From Octopus sinensis (taxonomy: Eukaryota), in the NCBI RefSeq assembly GCF_006345805.1, contig NC_042997.1, positions 84,010,001 through 84,074,000 of the forward strand: a DNA stretch of 64,000 nt, read 5' to 3'. A program made the translations under genes and the position numbers. The notes beneath the pieces are model-generated. The model saw nothing but the letters and a program-made list of their open reading frames with translations, searched no databases and was not told the origin of the DNA. This document shows, piece after piece, positions 25,313 through 38,299 of the stretch (positions are counted from its first letter, which is position 1; every line of letters begins with the position of its first letter).

Positions 25313-25360
25313 GTCTTACAGCTGTTTCAGGGATATAAAAGATATCCCATCATCAGAGAC
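25313..25360 (-). ncRNA. Minimal type I hammerhead ribozyme motif (intact core, sense to TMEM135 pre-mRNA)
   Basis: GTCT CTGATGA T GGGATAT CTTTT ATATCCC T GAAA CAGCTG TA AGAC: stem I GTCT/AGAC, 7-bp stem II, palindromic stem III ACAGCTGT, GUA site. Confidence 0.8.
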
Positions 25361-25566
25361 GACATGAGAGAGCTAAATAGAAGGAAATAGTTGAGTTCGA
25401 TATAAGAGGTTATTTTGGAAAGGGAGAGAAATATGAAGTATAAAAGGAAATACTTTTTTTTATTTTTATTCTTATACTACCCTTTATGATTTCTATATCT
25501 CTCCTTTTCCAAAATAACTTGTCATATTGAACTCAACTATTTCCTTCTATTTAACTCTCTCATATC

Positions 25567-25614
25567 GTCTCTGATAATGGGATAACTTTTATTTCCCTGA
25601 AACAGCTGTAAAAC
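25567..25614 (+). ncRNA. Mutated hammerhead partner of 25313-25360
   Basis: GTCT CTGATAA TGGGATAACTTTTATTTCCCT GAAA CAGCTG TA AAAC: G8A core change, with stem I and II mismatches. Confidence 0.6.
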
Positions 25615-25829
25615 TACCATTCTCTTTATAAAAGGTCCTAGAAATTTCAAACTGCCTTGGCTTTCTTGTTTCATTGTATTTAAGATATACATGCTCACAA
25701 ATGACCCATGTTAAACTCCTCACTCATACTTTTATCAAACCAGAAGTCTAACAGTGGTCCTTCTATAGCACATACATAGACTCAACTGTCTTTTCAATAT
25801 TCTCAATACCAAAACCTTTCATATAAATT

Positions 25830-25891
<62 letters not shown>

Positions 25892-26161
25892 ATATGAAAG
25901 AAGGTTTGAAAATGCAATTTTAAAAATGCTTATTCACTTGAGTGGTTTCACTTTTTTAGAAAAAGATTGTCAAAAGTAAAATGTAAAGCTTTGTATGAGC
26001 TTTGTTGTGTTAAGTACTGGTTATCACAAAAGTATTAAAATAGATATATACATTCTTTGAAAATAATAAGAAAATGTTAAAAACATTTTACAAGAAAGTA
26101 TTTAAGGAAACATTTTGAGTTCAATAAAAATCCTGTTTGTTTGGTAGTATATATATAGTAT

Positions 26162-26550
26162 AGGCGCAGGAGTGGCTGTGTGGTAAGTAGCTTGCTAACC
26201 AACCACATGGTTGCGGGTTCAGTCCCACTGCGTGGCATCTTGGGCAAGTGTCTTCTGCTATAGTCCTGGGCCGACCAATGACTTGTGAGTGGATTTGGTA
26301 GACGGAAACTGAAAGAAGCCTGTCGTATATATGTATATATATATATGTGTGTGTGTGTGCTTGTGTTTGTCCCCCTAGCATTGCTTGACAACCGATGCTG
26401 GAGTGTTTATGTCCCCGTCACTTAGCGGTTCGGCAAAAGAGACCGATAGAATAAGTACTGGGCTTACAAAGAATAAGTCCCGGGGTCGATTTGCTCGACT
26501 AAAGGTGGTGCTCCAGCATGGCCGCAGTCAAATGACTGAAACAAGTAAAT
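26162..26550 (+). mobile_element. SINE family A, young copy (CpGs retained)
   Basis: aggcgcaggagtggctgtgtggtaagtag..gcgggttcagtccc..ggtcgatttgctcgactaaagg..gccgcagtc. Confidence 0.9.
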
Positions 26551-26553
26551 GAG

Positions 26554-26591
<38 letters not shown>

Positions 26592-26619
26592 ATATATACA
26601 CACTGATGTCTCCCCTATC

Positions 26620-26850
26620 TCCCCTATATAGGAGCATTGCGGAACGACTAAATGAACATCTGAGACAATATGACAACAAAAAAACAGTCCTCCAAACTCT
26701 ACCAACATGCCAAAGACCAACATGGTGGCAACCTGGATCAACTTGACATCCGCATCTTATCCGAGCACCCAAAAGACCCAACACTCAGACAAATATGGGA
26801 GTACATCCTTATAAATGAAACTTCCCCAATACTCTTGTGTGACCCCTCTG
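26620..26850 (+). mobile_element. Penelope-like element GIY-YIG endonuclease C-terminal fragment (frameshifted)
   Basis: RSIAERLNEHLRQYDNKK / QSSKLYQHAKDQHGGNLDQLDIRILSEHPKDPTLRQIWEYILINETSPIL (R..EH, H and E motifs of GIY-YIG). Confidence 0.8.
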
Positions 26851-26923
26851 TCCAGCATTTGCCATGATAGATCGCTAGCCACTACACATTCTTTATTTTC
26901 TCTCCTTATTTCTTTCTGTGTTC

Positions 26924-26959
26924 CTTTCTGTGGAAGAGAATAGGCTCGAAATGTTAAAG
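26924..26959 (+). ncRNA. Degenerate minimal hammerhead-like motif in a PLE-type 3' tail
   Basis: CTTT CTGTGGA A GAGA ATAG GCTC GAAA TG TT AAAG: stem I CTTT/AAAG, A6 replaced by U, stem III decayed. Confidence 0.4.
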
Positions 26960-27073
26960 ACTTTTTCCCTTCCCAAGTGTTAAACTAATACATTTGTTTG
27001 TTGTCTACACCACCTGTCTTCATCCTTTGTTTTTTTTGTGAATTCTCCCCCTATATGTATATATATACATATG

Positions 27074-27116
<43 letters not shown>

Positions 27117-27390
27117 ACACACATGCACATACACACATGCTCTCTCTCACTTTCTCCCCATTCTTCACCCTCTTGTACTGTTATATCCCTCCCCACCACT
27201 ACACACTCAATGACACTATAAAATGGTCAAATTTTTCCCCCAAGATCTTAGACACCCCCTGGGAGTAAACATCCTGACATACTACAAAGGAAACCAGCAA
27301 AATAATTTTTTTCATCCCTCTCTCCCTTTTCTGCCTTCCCTTCTTTTTCTCTAACACTATTTTCAGATACAAAAGCACACACACACACAT

Positions 27391-27441
<51 letters not shown>

Positions 27442-27559
27442 CTCTCTCTCACTTTCTCCCCATTCTTCACCCTCTTGTACTATGTTATATCCCTCCCCAC
27501 CACTACACACTCAATAACACTATAAAATGGTCAAAATTTTTCCACAGGAACTTAGTTCC

Positions 27560-28290
27560 ATTTGAAAAATCCATCAGAATGGACGAAAGTGCTAATATAT
27601 GATATATGATATAAGTTATATGATGTATAAAAACACAAGGTGTGTAGCATGTGATAATTGCATTGACCATGACAGAGAAAGTTGTCATGGTGATGCCTGC
27701 TCAGAGGCCTATGCCAAGTTGCAGAAAGTGTATGGAGAGGAGTGTATGAGCTGCACACATGTGTACGAGTGGTTCAGATGTTTCCAAGATGGCTGAAAAA
27801 TTGTTGATAGCGACAAACGTTCTGGGAGACCCACAACCAGCAGGACTGAGAAAAACATTGCAGATGTTGGTGCAGCTGTGAAGGGAAATCTTTGAATCAC
27901 AGTCTGTGAGTTATCAGAGGATGTGCAGATTAGTTACAGCTCAGTTCAGTCCATCATCACTGAAGATTTGGGGATGAGATGTGTGTCTGCCAAGTTTGTG
28001 CCAAAACTGCTTTTAGCTAACCAAAAAGACAATTGGATCTCAGTTGCACAAGATCTGCTTGATTGTTTCCAGATGAAGAAGACTTTTTGGAAACTTTGTG
28101 TAGGCCTCTGAGCAGGTATCGCAAAGGTTTTGGCAAAATTTGATGCAAATTCTCAGCTCAGTTTTTTTCTGTTACACTCATTGCGACAGTCACACACTGC
28201 ACACCTTCATTCCAAGCACTGTAGCAAACAGTAGAAGTGAGTTAGAATGTTAAAATTTAGTGTGTACATACAGCAAAGTTCAAGGTGGAT
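27560..28290 (+). mobile_element. Mariner transposase N-terminal pseudogene fragment
   Basis: EAYAKLQKVYGEECMSCTHVYEWFRCFQDG*..DKRSGRPTTSRT..ITVCELSEDVQISYSSVQSIITEDLGMRCVSAKFVPKLL (Mos1-like HTH). In-frame stops; TIRs not resolved. Confidence 0.85.
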
Positions 28291-28354
28291 CACGTATACA
28301 CACACATATATATGTACATGCATATATATATACAGACATATAGTATGCTTATAT

Positions 28355-28357
28355 ATA

Positions 28358-28410
<53 letters not shown>

Positions 28411-28632
28411 ATATATATATCTATATATATATATCTATATATATATATCTATATCTATATATATATCTATATCTATATATATATATATCTATATATATAT
28501 ATATCTATATATATATATATCTATATCTATATCTATATATATATATCTATATATATATCTATATCTATATATATAATCTATATCTATATATATATATATA
28601 TCTATATCTATATATATATATCTATATATATA
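28355..28632. repeat. (TA)n microsatellite with periodic TC interruptions
   Basis: Direct reading. Confidence 0.95.
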
Positions 28633-29299
28633 ATTTGAAAGCAACTACTCTGTACTTTATAATTCCTGAGAGACTTTGAACTTCAAATGAATATTTATAA
28701 AAATAAAAATGGCTATTGCTGATCTGGTTGAGGAGTGGAGGGTCCACTATGGGATATGAGAAAGAGAAAGCTTGTATGAGGGTAAAAATACGTAATCTGA
28801 GAATGGTGTGAAGACAATTAATCACGTAAAAGAAAAAAGAAATATAAATTGGAAAATATTTAATACAAAAGACACAAAAGAGAAGAAAACAAAGCCAACA
28901 CAGGATATTCCAGCAATAAATAGAGAATCATGATGCAATTCTCATGAAAAGATTAAATTTATAAAATATTGAGTGGTGAGTGGGTGTTATTCCAAGTTAT
29001 CAATGAATGTTGTGACTGAATAACTGCAGTGTTACAATAAAAGATGATAGGTCATGACTTTCAAACTCTTCAGTTACATTATTTTCATTGACCCAATCAA
29101 GCTAAGTTGAAGGTTGGACTTCACGATTGTAATGGGACAACTGAGAAAAGGGCATGTGATGTAATTGCCAAAAAGGAAAAGAAAAATAAACCAGCAAAAC
29201 AAAAAGGAAAAGAATAAAAGTATGATCCTCCTCACCACTACCACTGCCACCACCACTAACAACAACAACATCATCATCATCATCATTAACTTCATTACA

Positions 29300-29560
29300 T
29301 CATCATCATAATCATCATCATTCTTTAACATCCGTTTTCCATGCTGGCATGGGTTGCATGATTTTATCAGAGCTGGTAAGCCAGAGAGCTGCACCAGGTT
29401 CCCATCTGATCTGGCTTGGTTTCTACAGCTGGATGCCCTTACTAATGCCAGTCACTTTATATAGTGTGTGCTGGGTGCTTTTAATGTGGCACCAGCACAA
29501 GTGCATTTATGTGATGCTGGCCCAAGTGCACAGAACTCTTGCAGGCCAATCCTCTTCACC
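29300..29560 (-). mobile_element. RTE 3'-tail repeat (family C), reverse orientation
   Basis: (CAT)n tttaacatccgttttccatgctggcatggg..ggatgcccttactaatgcc. Confidence 0.8.
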
Positions 29561-30313
29561 AGAGAGGGAGTGGCTTTAACACTTCTGCTGTAAAGGATGG
29601 GTCTTCTTGAGTACTAGTAGACAAATGTGATACCCTACTTATTTGGTTCTACACAAAAAGCAAACAATCTATAGAAAAGAGAAAAGAACAAAGACACCAA
29701 CGGGGTGAAAAAAGAATAGGGCAGCAAGAGCTGCAGTGCGTTTTGATAACTGATGTCTAGAAGACTTTTTAACTGAAGCTAAACTTCAACAACAATTTAA
29801 CAGCATCATTTACTATACTAGCATCCAGAAAATGTCACCAAACAAACATGCATCATCATCATCAATATCCTCATCGTTTTAATGTTCAGTTTTCTATGTT
29901 TGTATGGGTTGGGTAGAATTTCTTGAGGCAAAATTTCTTATCGCTGCATAGTCACCTAATGATACAAACCTTCACCTGTTTCCAGATAAGGCAATATTTC
30001 CCTATGGCTGGATGTGTATACATGGCAAATTGGAGAAGAAACAAACTGCTTGTATGATGGTGATAACTGTAAACAACTTTACTTGATGTCTGACAATGAG
30101 TTAGCTGGACAAAACTTTGACATCACTGTCAACAACATTCTTGTAGAAAAATAATAAATTTATACCAAAAAAGTATAGAGTAACCCTCCAGTTTAATGTA
30201 AAATTGTTTTTATCACTAAACATAAAAATAAACATTTGTATGTATGTATGTATGTATGTATGTATGTATGTATGTATGTGTATGTATATATATATATATA
30301 TATTGTGAATTCT

Positions 30314-30353
<40 letters not shown>

Positions 30354-30434
30354 TATATATATTATATATATATGTGTGTGTGTGTGTGTTGTGTGTATAT
30401 GCTTTATTTAAAGGCAGCATAAATATCACAAAAA

Positions 30435-30472
30435 CTGTTACTCAGAGTTTCACGTTTCCATTCGTCGGACAG
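30435..30472 (-). ncRNA. Variant minimal type I hammerhead motif (U4C)
   Basis: CTGT CCGACGA ATG GAAA CGT GAAA CTCTGAG TA ACAG: stem I CTGT/ACAG, GNRA-capped stem II, near-palindromic stem III, GUA site. Confidence 0.6.
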
Positions 30473-31824
30473 AATGTTAGAATGGAACAGAAATGATGAA
30501 ATAATCAAACAAAAACAAAATAACTAGTTTAAAGGATACATCTTTGAAAATGGTTTTGTTTCATTGGTCCTTTCAACTAACAGTCTTAAGCAAGCAATGA
30601 ACAAAGTAAATTAGTATAAATTTTTCTTAATGGAAAATCGAAGAAAACTTTAAATTGAAGGACAGATTCCAAATACATATGGTAAGTAATCATATACGAA
30701 ATATAAGTCAATTAATACATTAAAATTAAAAATTTCACACTATATTACATAAACATTTTTTCAGCAGTATGTACGCATACTAGACCATCTATAATATACA
30801 TATATACACGAAAAATATACAGATGCATGTACATAGTTATATACATATTTAGACATACATATATAAGACATAAATATTTAGAAAAATACACAAATACACA
30901 CATGTACGTATAAATTCTCTTGACGTATACATAAACATGTAAGATAAATATATACACATATACATATATGACGCAATACAAGCACACGCATAAAATGTCT
31001 TAGAGTATACATATACAGGACAGTTATTACAGACGAGAGAAATAGGAAGTTTACCTTAAGCATAGGGAAGAGAAAAAGAAACAAAGACGTAAAACTAGCG
31101 AACGAAAGAGAGAAAAAAGTTTTTTAAGGGCTCTAGGAATGTATCCAATAGGAAGAGGAAAGATAGTTTGAGTAAGGAGAGAAAAGAAAGAGAAATTGAT
31201 CACAAAATATGTGTAACGAACATACACATAAAATAAAACTAAAAATTACACACACACACACACACACATATATAAATATAAATAAGTATACATTAGCATA
31301 CAAATACACACATATATATATATATAATTACGCATATAAATATACTGAAATATGTAGGTAAATACATATTCACACAAATATAAGTGTATACATATATGCC
31401 CATGTACTATGTACATAAATATAAACGTACACGTATACATATACACAGACGCACAGATACAAATACATATGCATGCCTACAATACATGCGTCCACATAAA
31501 AACACAACATCTAGATCCCAACATATATATACAAACAACTTTTTAAAAGATTATTCAGTGTATATAATAATAAAATCGGATAAAAGATATTTGTAAAATT
31601 CAGCACTATGCATAGAATTATCTTTAAATATAACAATTAAATAGGTTCGTAAAATAAAACAAAATAAAGTAAAATAATAAAATTTAAACTTGAAAATAAT
31701 ATATAACAGTCGAAGACTTTCTTAAAATATATACAATACATGCAATGCGAAACAACCATATACTACAAAACACAAATTCAACAGTGATATTGGAAATCAG
31801 TTCAAGAATCAAAAATATATTCTA

Positions 31825-32030
31825 TCCATATGGTATTTTATTGGCTGACATTTTAAATTTTGTTGCGTGCCTGCAGGAATTTAAGAGTTTGCATCTTTGA
31901 TTCAAAGCTCTATTGTTCTGGAATAAAATATTAAATTTTTCCAAAAGGCATAAATCACATTTGATGGGCCTTTTATGAGCACCATGCCTGTAAGCTGATG
32001 CTTTATCTAAAATTTTCCATGTTACATATA
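31825..32030 (-). mobile_element. Penelope-like element C-terminal (post GIY-YIG) fragment
   Basis: VTWKILDKASAYRHG..KCDLCLLEKFNIL..LNQRCKLLNSCRHATKF matches the PLE terminus W.IL..A..Y......C.LC..EK......LN.R.E....CRH..K. Confidence 0.85.
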
Positions 32031-32404
32031 TAAATGTATATATGGATATATGATAGGCTTCTTTCAGTTTCCATCTACCAAATCCACACACATGGCTTTA
32101 GCTGGCTTGGGGTTATAGCAGAAGCCACTAGCGAAAGTGCCATACAATGGAACTAAACCCAGAACCATGTGGTTGGGAAGCAAGCTGCTTAGTGTCATCA
32201 TACTTCCACCTTACTGCTATGCCTGTGCACATGCATATATACATGTGTGTATACACACACACATACACATATAAACATACATATATTTTTTTTTCTCCAT
32301 GGCAACTGCAGTGAATTAGCCTTTAGATGTTGAAATATGTCACAAGCATATTTTAACTGACCTAAAGTTTGTGTGTATGCATGTATGTGTATATATATAT
32401 ATAC

Positions 32405-32680
32405 ATATATATATATATAAAATAGAGTTTGTATGTGTGTATGCGTATGTTCCTTATGCATTCCAAAACCGAGTTGCCAATTTTGACGCATGGGATATCA
32501 AAAGATTCAGTACTATTTCCGCTACCAACTAAACTATATTTTCTTGACAATTCCCATTACAAAAATTTAAAATTGTAATCTTTTCCATAACTCAACTGTC
32601 ATAAGCAATTATACGACGACGATGACGTCACATTTTCTATATGAGTGCGTACCTTAGAAGACATCCATCATTATGACACA
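32405..32680 (+). mobile_element. Non-autonomous Helitron-like repeat; related copy at ~42085-42640
   Basis: Both copies begin after a TA tract with a similar gt.tg..ttcc..atgcatt.c..aa.. start and share acgacgatgacgt.acatttt.tatatga. The family assignment is from resemblance only. Confidence 0.45.
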
Positions 32681-32717
32681 CACCTTCACTCACTCATTCT
32701 CTCTCTTTCTCTCTCTT

Positions 32718-32752
<35 letters not shown>

Positions 32753-34647
32753 CATACATCTTATTTTTACAGAATGATTGAGTGAAATGCAGAATGAGAA
32801 AAAGACAGAGACAAGAGAAAGAAACAGAAACAGAAAACAAGCTTCTATAGAAGTTGAAAGACGGATAGTGGGTGAGAGACAGACAGTGATGTTTCATATC
32901 CTATGTATGTTCTATAGTTGAAAGTGAAAAAAAGTCAGCACAAAATTGATACTGTATGTTCTATAGATGAAGGTGAAAGAAAGTGGCACAAAGAGAGGGG
33001 GAAAGCGGGAGAGAACCCCAGAAATGAGGTCGTGTCGTACAATTTTGAGGTCATTTTCACTTTTGTACCATGTTTCATGCGTGTGTAGAATTAGGCTTTA
33101 TCTTTCTCTTTCAATTTCTCATAATTTACGGAGACCTTCTGCTGTTAACATATTACAACTTCACTACATTTCCTTCTTTTGGAATTAAGAAAGGTATGCA
33201 AAAATAACTTCCTTTGGCACACACACACACACACAGAGTTAAAGTTCTTTATGAATTATGTTATTTTTTGCTGTGCACTAAATTACAGCTAAAATCCTAT
33301 GGAAATTACTTTTTCCTATTCTGTCATTCTTGTTTGTGAGGAGCATATTTCAAAACCTAATCTTCCATTTAAACTTACAAGGAAGTTATCTCAGAAACCC
33401 TGTCCTTTACCTGTTGTTTCTAGCATGTCTGAGATCATGTTTGCGTACCCCTGCCCCACACATAGACACACTCATATAGATACATTCTTTTTTTCTCTTT
33501 TTTTACTGAAGCAGTAATTTGAAGTGGAAATCACCATACCACAACTTTGATTATCTAAACATAAAAACAAATTTGAAAAATGTGATGCCATAAGGCTGAA
33601 ACAAATCACCAGAATACTCATTAGACCGATGGGGAAAAGATGTGCAATAAAAAGAAGTGAAATCGAGTACTGAAATTGAAAAGATCTGTGGTTACAGGAG
33701 TATGAAGCCAATTAGCCAATTACAGAACAGAATTACTGAAAATTAAAAATTATATGTATAATGAAACACAAAAAAGAATTAAAAAAAGACTGGAACCTGG
33801 TGTAGTTCTCCTGTTTGCTAGCTCTAGTCAAACCATCCAACCCATGCCAGCATGGACAACAAACATTAAATGATGATGATGATAATGATAGTGTGTGTAT
33901 GTCATTGTATCTGTGTTTGTCCCTCACCACTGCTTGACAACCGGTGTTGGTGTTTTTACATCCCTGCAGTTCAGCAAAAGATATAGATAGAATAAGTAGC
34001 AGACTTAAAACATAAGTCCTGGGGTTGTTTCATTTGATTAAAACTTCTTCAAGGTGGTGCTCCAGCATGGCCAGTGCCTAATGACAGAAACAAGTAAAAG
34101 ATAAGAGATAGAAGACATTAACAACTAGACACTCTCCTTCCAAAGGGAAAGCAGACTAGAAGGACAGGGAACCAATAATTTACAAAACAAAATTCTTTTT
34201 TTTAGAGAGCAGAAGTTTTAGACAAAAGAAAACATCATCAATACAAAAATTCAAAGAAATACTGAACCAATTAATCCAAAGGTAATGAATTTATCACAAG
34301 GAAATTTCATGAAAAATGAAATACAACTTTTGGAATATGGACTAAAATTCACATCAAGTCTAAAACCTGACACAACAGATCTTATAAAAGATACTGAGCA
34401 ATCTTATGGAAGACTTCATCTATGGGAATTCATTTAAAAGAAGAATTACAAAGAGCCATTACTTGTAAAAACACAAAATGGGATTTAGAGTTCTAATGAA
34501 TAAGAATGAACACTTAGAGGAATAATGTAACATGTCTAAAAGGATTAGCAAACTCAAACATTCCTGTAAATTGTATAAAATCAAACATTGCAAATGACAA
34601 GCAAAAGGCAGTGAAATGCTTCTGGAAAGATTCCTCTATAGTCACTA

Positions 34648-34866
34648 AACCATGGCATTTTAAGTGCTCATATCCAACCCAAATATTCTATCTGTTTTAT
34701 ACTGAAACTGGCCAGATCCAGTCTATTACACCACCCTAGAATGTCATTCTAAAAATGAACAGTCACATCTTCAAAATCTTGAAGCTACAAAATACTTCAT
34801 GGTTAATTTTTTAAAATGTGAATAAATAAACATAACAATTGATAAAGTAATCTCAATGCTAAAGGG
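34648..34866 (-). mobile_element. piggyBac-type MITE (ccctttagca.. family), reverse copy; other copies at 36923-37135 and ~56925-57146
   Basis: Right end tgctaaaggg|ttaa. The body is the reverse complement of 36923-37135, which starts ttaa|ccctttag. Confidence 0.75.
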
Positions 34867-34870
34867 TTAA

Positions 34871-35934
34871 CCCTTTCATTACTAAACCGCCCAAAGCCGT
34901 CCCAAAAAAATTTTGGTTAATGTGACCAAACCACCCAAACCCGCCCGAATTTACCTATTCAAATTTAAATGAGAATATCAGAGCAAATTTCTTTAGTACA
35001 TTCATGAAAACACATGATTATGCTACGTAAACAATTCATCTACAGTTTTGTACAACGATCGACGTGTAATTTTAATTCCCTGAATTCTGGGAGATTTTTT
35101 TCGGCATCGATTTTTCTTCAACTTTGAAAATGGATAGGAGTTTCATGTTATCAAGCATTGATTCCGAATTGGAAAATTTGTGAAACAAATACTGGGTACT
35201 GTTGTGGATTTAGTTTTTATACAGGGAAACTAATGTTAGTCAGCATGGCTTAGGGTATGATGTGGTCTGGAAGTTATTGTTTGAAGCGATCAATGCGGAA
35301 ACAAATTTACGCAGATTGTAAACAAACACAAAATGGGGGTTCAAATTTCGGAAAATTTGTGAAGCAAATACTGGGTACTGCGTGGATTTAGTTTTTATAC
35401 AGGGAAAATAATGTTAGTCAGCATGGCCTAGGGAATGATGTGGTCTGGAATTTATCACTTCCATACCATAACCAGGGCCGTATATTATTTTTTGACCAAT
35501 TTCGGTCAAACTTACATTGTATTCCAGTATTTCACTTTATTCGACCTTTATGGTACACCTGTTGTGCATTATATTCAACTGATGATATAGTGATGCGCAC
35601 AATTCTTCTTTATCAAAATTTTGTTGCATACCCATTTGAATATTAGCTGATGATTAATTTTTTATGGTGATGTTTAAACAAAATTTTTATATTTTTACCT
35701 TTTGCTCAATTTACTTGGATTTACCTGTAATTAAAGTCACTTTGAGACAAAAGTTATGCAATAGAATTGATTAAGAACCCTTTCTTTAATTATGTTCCAA
35801 ATATCACATTAATATGTTGATAAGTAAAAAAGTTACAGTTATTTAATGAAACAAGCCTAGATTCATGATTATTTTAGAATTTAATTGAAACTCATGAGGG
35901 GTGTATTTTGGTCAGAAATATAGTAACCAAAGGG
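34871..35934. mobile_element. Non-autonomous piggyBac-type element (1064 bp) with an internal ~100-bp direct repeat
   Basis: TTAA at 34867-34870 and 35935-35938; TIR ccctttcattacta / tagtaaccaaaggg; repeat at ~35172-35270 and ~35351-35450. Confidence 0.8.
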
Positions 35935-37282
35935 TTAAAGAAGCTGACAAATGAGGCAACATTGTAATACTGAACAAGACACATTACAAGAAAAGGGTCT
36001 TAGAGCATATTTCTAAAACAAAAATTAGAAACTGATGTAGATAATCAAAGAACAAAACTGGTAAGTTAACAGAAAAATTCAAAAGCAATCTACTGAAAAA
36101 AAATTGGATTACCTAACTAAATCAAAGGTAAAAGCAAGCAACTTTTGTAGACTAATAAAAATACATAAATCTAAAGAAATCCATAACAGTTTAAAGGACT
36201 GCCATACACAATATATAAACCATCTGATTTAAAATTGCACCCCACTGTTGCACCCCAACATCAAATGGTCAACAATTAAACAATTTACTGGACAACATAT
36301 CAAAGCCATTATGCAAATTGCTTCCTAGATTCATCAGAGATATGAACTTCCTAAACCATGTTCCAGGAAGAGTAAATATAGAGACAACCTTAGTTTCAAA
36401 GTGATCAACTTCTACACAAATGACTTCCTTGGGTTACAGTTGGAAGAAGTGGAATTTTGGATAGACAAATACTAACACAGAATTGAGGAGAGATTCCAAT
36501 ACAAATTTATGCAAGAAGGATTATGGTTCACACTAGAAGATAACTTCTTTTTTGATAACTAATATCACTTTCAAATAAAATAGATGGCAATGGGCACAAA
36601 AGTTGCAAGCACATGACACATCTATGCCTAATCTGGAATTACGTTTGATCAGCATTCCCAATCTTATTTAAAAGAAAATTGAAAAAAGATTCCTAAATGA
36701 CTGCTTTATATTTTGGAACAGAAGTAAAGAAAACCATGCTAGGCTTTGGAACAGAGGTAAAGAAAACCATGCCAAATTAATCAATAACAATCATGAATTG
36801 ATCAGTTTCATAAGGGAAATGAAAGAAAGGGGACATCCTTTTTGGGACATTTTGTCAATTAAGGAAATTGGGACCATTACAACTGATTCCTACTGCAAAA
36901 GCAACCCACCCCCAATACTTAACCCTTTAGTGTTCAGATTATTCTGTTAAATGTAATATTTTTTCACTCAAGTTGTTTTGAATTAAATCATGCATTATCT
37001 TATAGCTTTGAGGTTTCAGTGATGTGATTGTTTATTTTTAGCATGACATTGTAGGTTAGGTGTGAGAGGCTAGATATCGCCAGTTTGAATATAAAACATT
37101 TAGAATATTTGGGCCGGATATGGCTGGTTTAAACTTTAGATTTTACCATCCATCTCAAACTAAAAATATCCCATTTAATATGGAAAAATGTATATGTACT
37201 ATAGTCAGAGAAGGAGGTCATTGGTTGAACAAAATATGCCTCCAGAGACAAAAATACCAAAAAAAAAAAAAGTTAAACATAG

Positions 37283-38020
37283 CTGCAGGTGTGGCTGTGT
37301 GGTAAGAAGCTTGCTTCCCAAACATGGTCCCAGATTCAGTCCCACTGCATGGCACCTTGGTCATGTGTTATATACTATAATCTCGGGTCAACCAAAGTCT
37401 TGTGAGTGGATTTGGTAGATGGAAACTGAAAGAAGCTCATCATATATATATGTGTGTTTGTGTCTGTGTTGTCCCACCACCATCGTGTGACAACCAATAC
37501 TGGTGTGCTTATGTCCCTGTAATTTAGTGGTCTGGCAAAAGAGACCAATAGAATAAGTACTCGGCTTATAACGAATAAGTCTTGGGGTCGATTTGTTCAA
37601 CTAAAACCCTTTAAGGCAGTGCCTCATCATGGCTGCAATCAAATGACTGAAACAAGTAAAAGAATAAAAGAATAGGTGCAGGCATGGCTGTGCGGTAAGA
37701 AGTTTGCTTCCCAACCACATGGTTTCAGGTTCAGTCCCACTGTGTGGCACCTTGGGCAAGTGTTTTCTACTGTAGCCTCGAGCCAACCAAAGCCTTGTGA
37801 GTGGATTTGGTAGACAGAAACTGAAAGAAGCTCACTGTGTTGGTGAGTTTATGTTTCCGTAACTTTAGCAGAACAGCAAAAGAGACCAATAGAAGAGGTA
37901 CTAGGCTTTAAAAATATTTAAAAAATAAGTCCTGGTGTCGATTTGTTCAACTAAAACCTTTCAGGGTGGTGCTCCAGCATGACCGGAGTCAAATGATTGA
38001 GATAAGTTAAAAAATAAAAG
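37283..38020 (+). mobile_element. Two tandem family A SINEs (~37283-37672, 37675-38020)
   Basis: Two head-to-tail copies with gcaggtgtggctgtgtggtaagaagcttgcttccc-type heads. Confidence 0.85.
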
Positions 38021-38299
38021 AATATCGTAAAAAGGTAAAACAAATTGCAGTCCCTGACTTATCAAGAAACATTCATAATGTGAGGGAAGGCACAAAAAAA
38101 AAAAAGATCCCATTTGTAGTCACCTATGATCCCAGAAATTGTAACATGTTACATTGAGCCAAACAATTTTACACCAATCATTAGATCTAAGAAAAATAAT
38201 CAAAGAAAACACCCAACAAATCTTTAAAATCCCCAAATGGAAGGAATTGAAGGTTAATGCAAATATGAATTGCAAAACAAAAATCTCATTTACAACATC

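Larger units (their letters stand above)
25255..25672. repeat. Fold-back element 2: ~190-bp inverted arms (25255-25446 / 25480-25672); probably Penelope-derived
   Basis: caaagccaaggcagtgtgaaatttctaggacctttt.. is inverted at ..aaaaggtcctagaaatttcaaactgccttggcttt. Confidence 0.9.
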
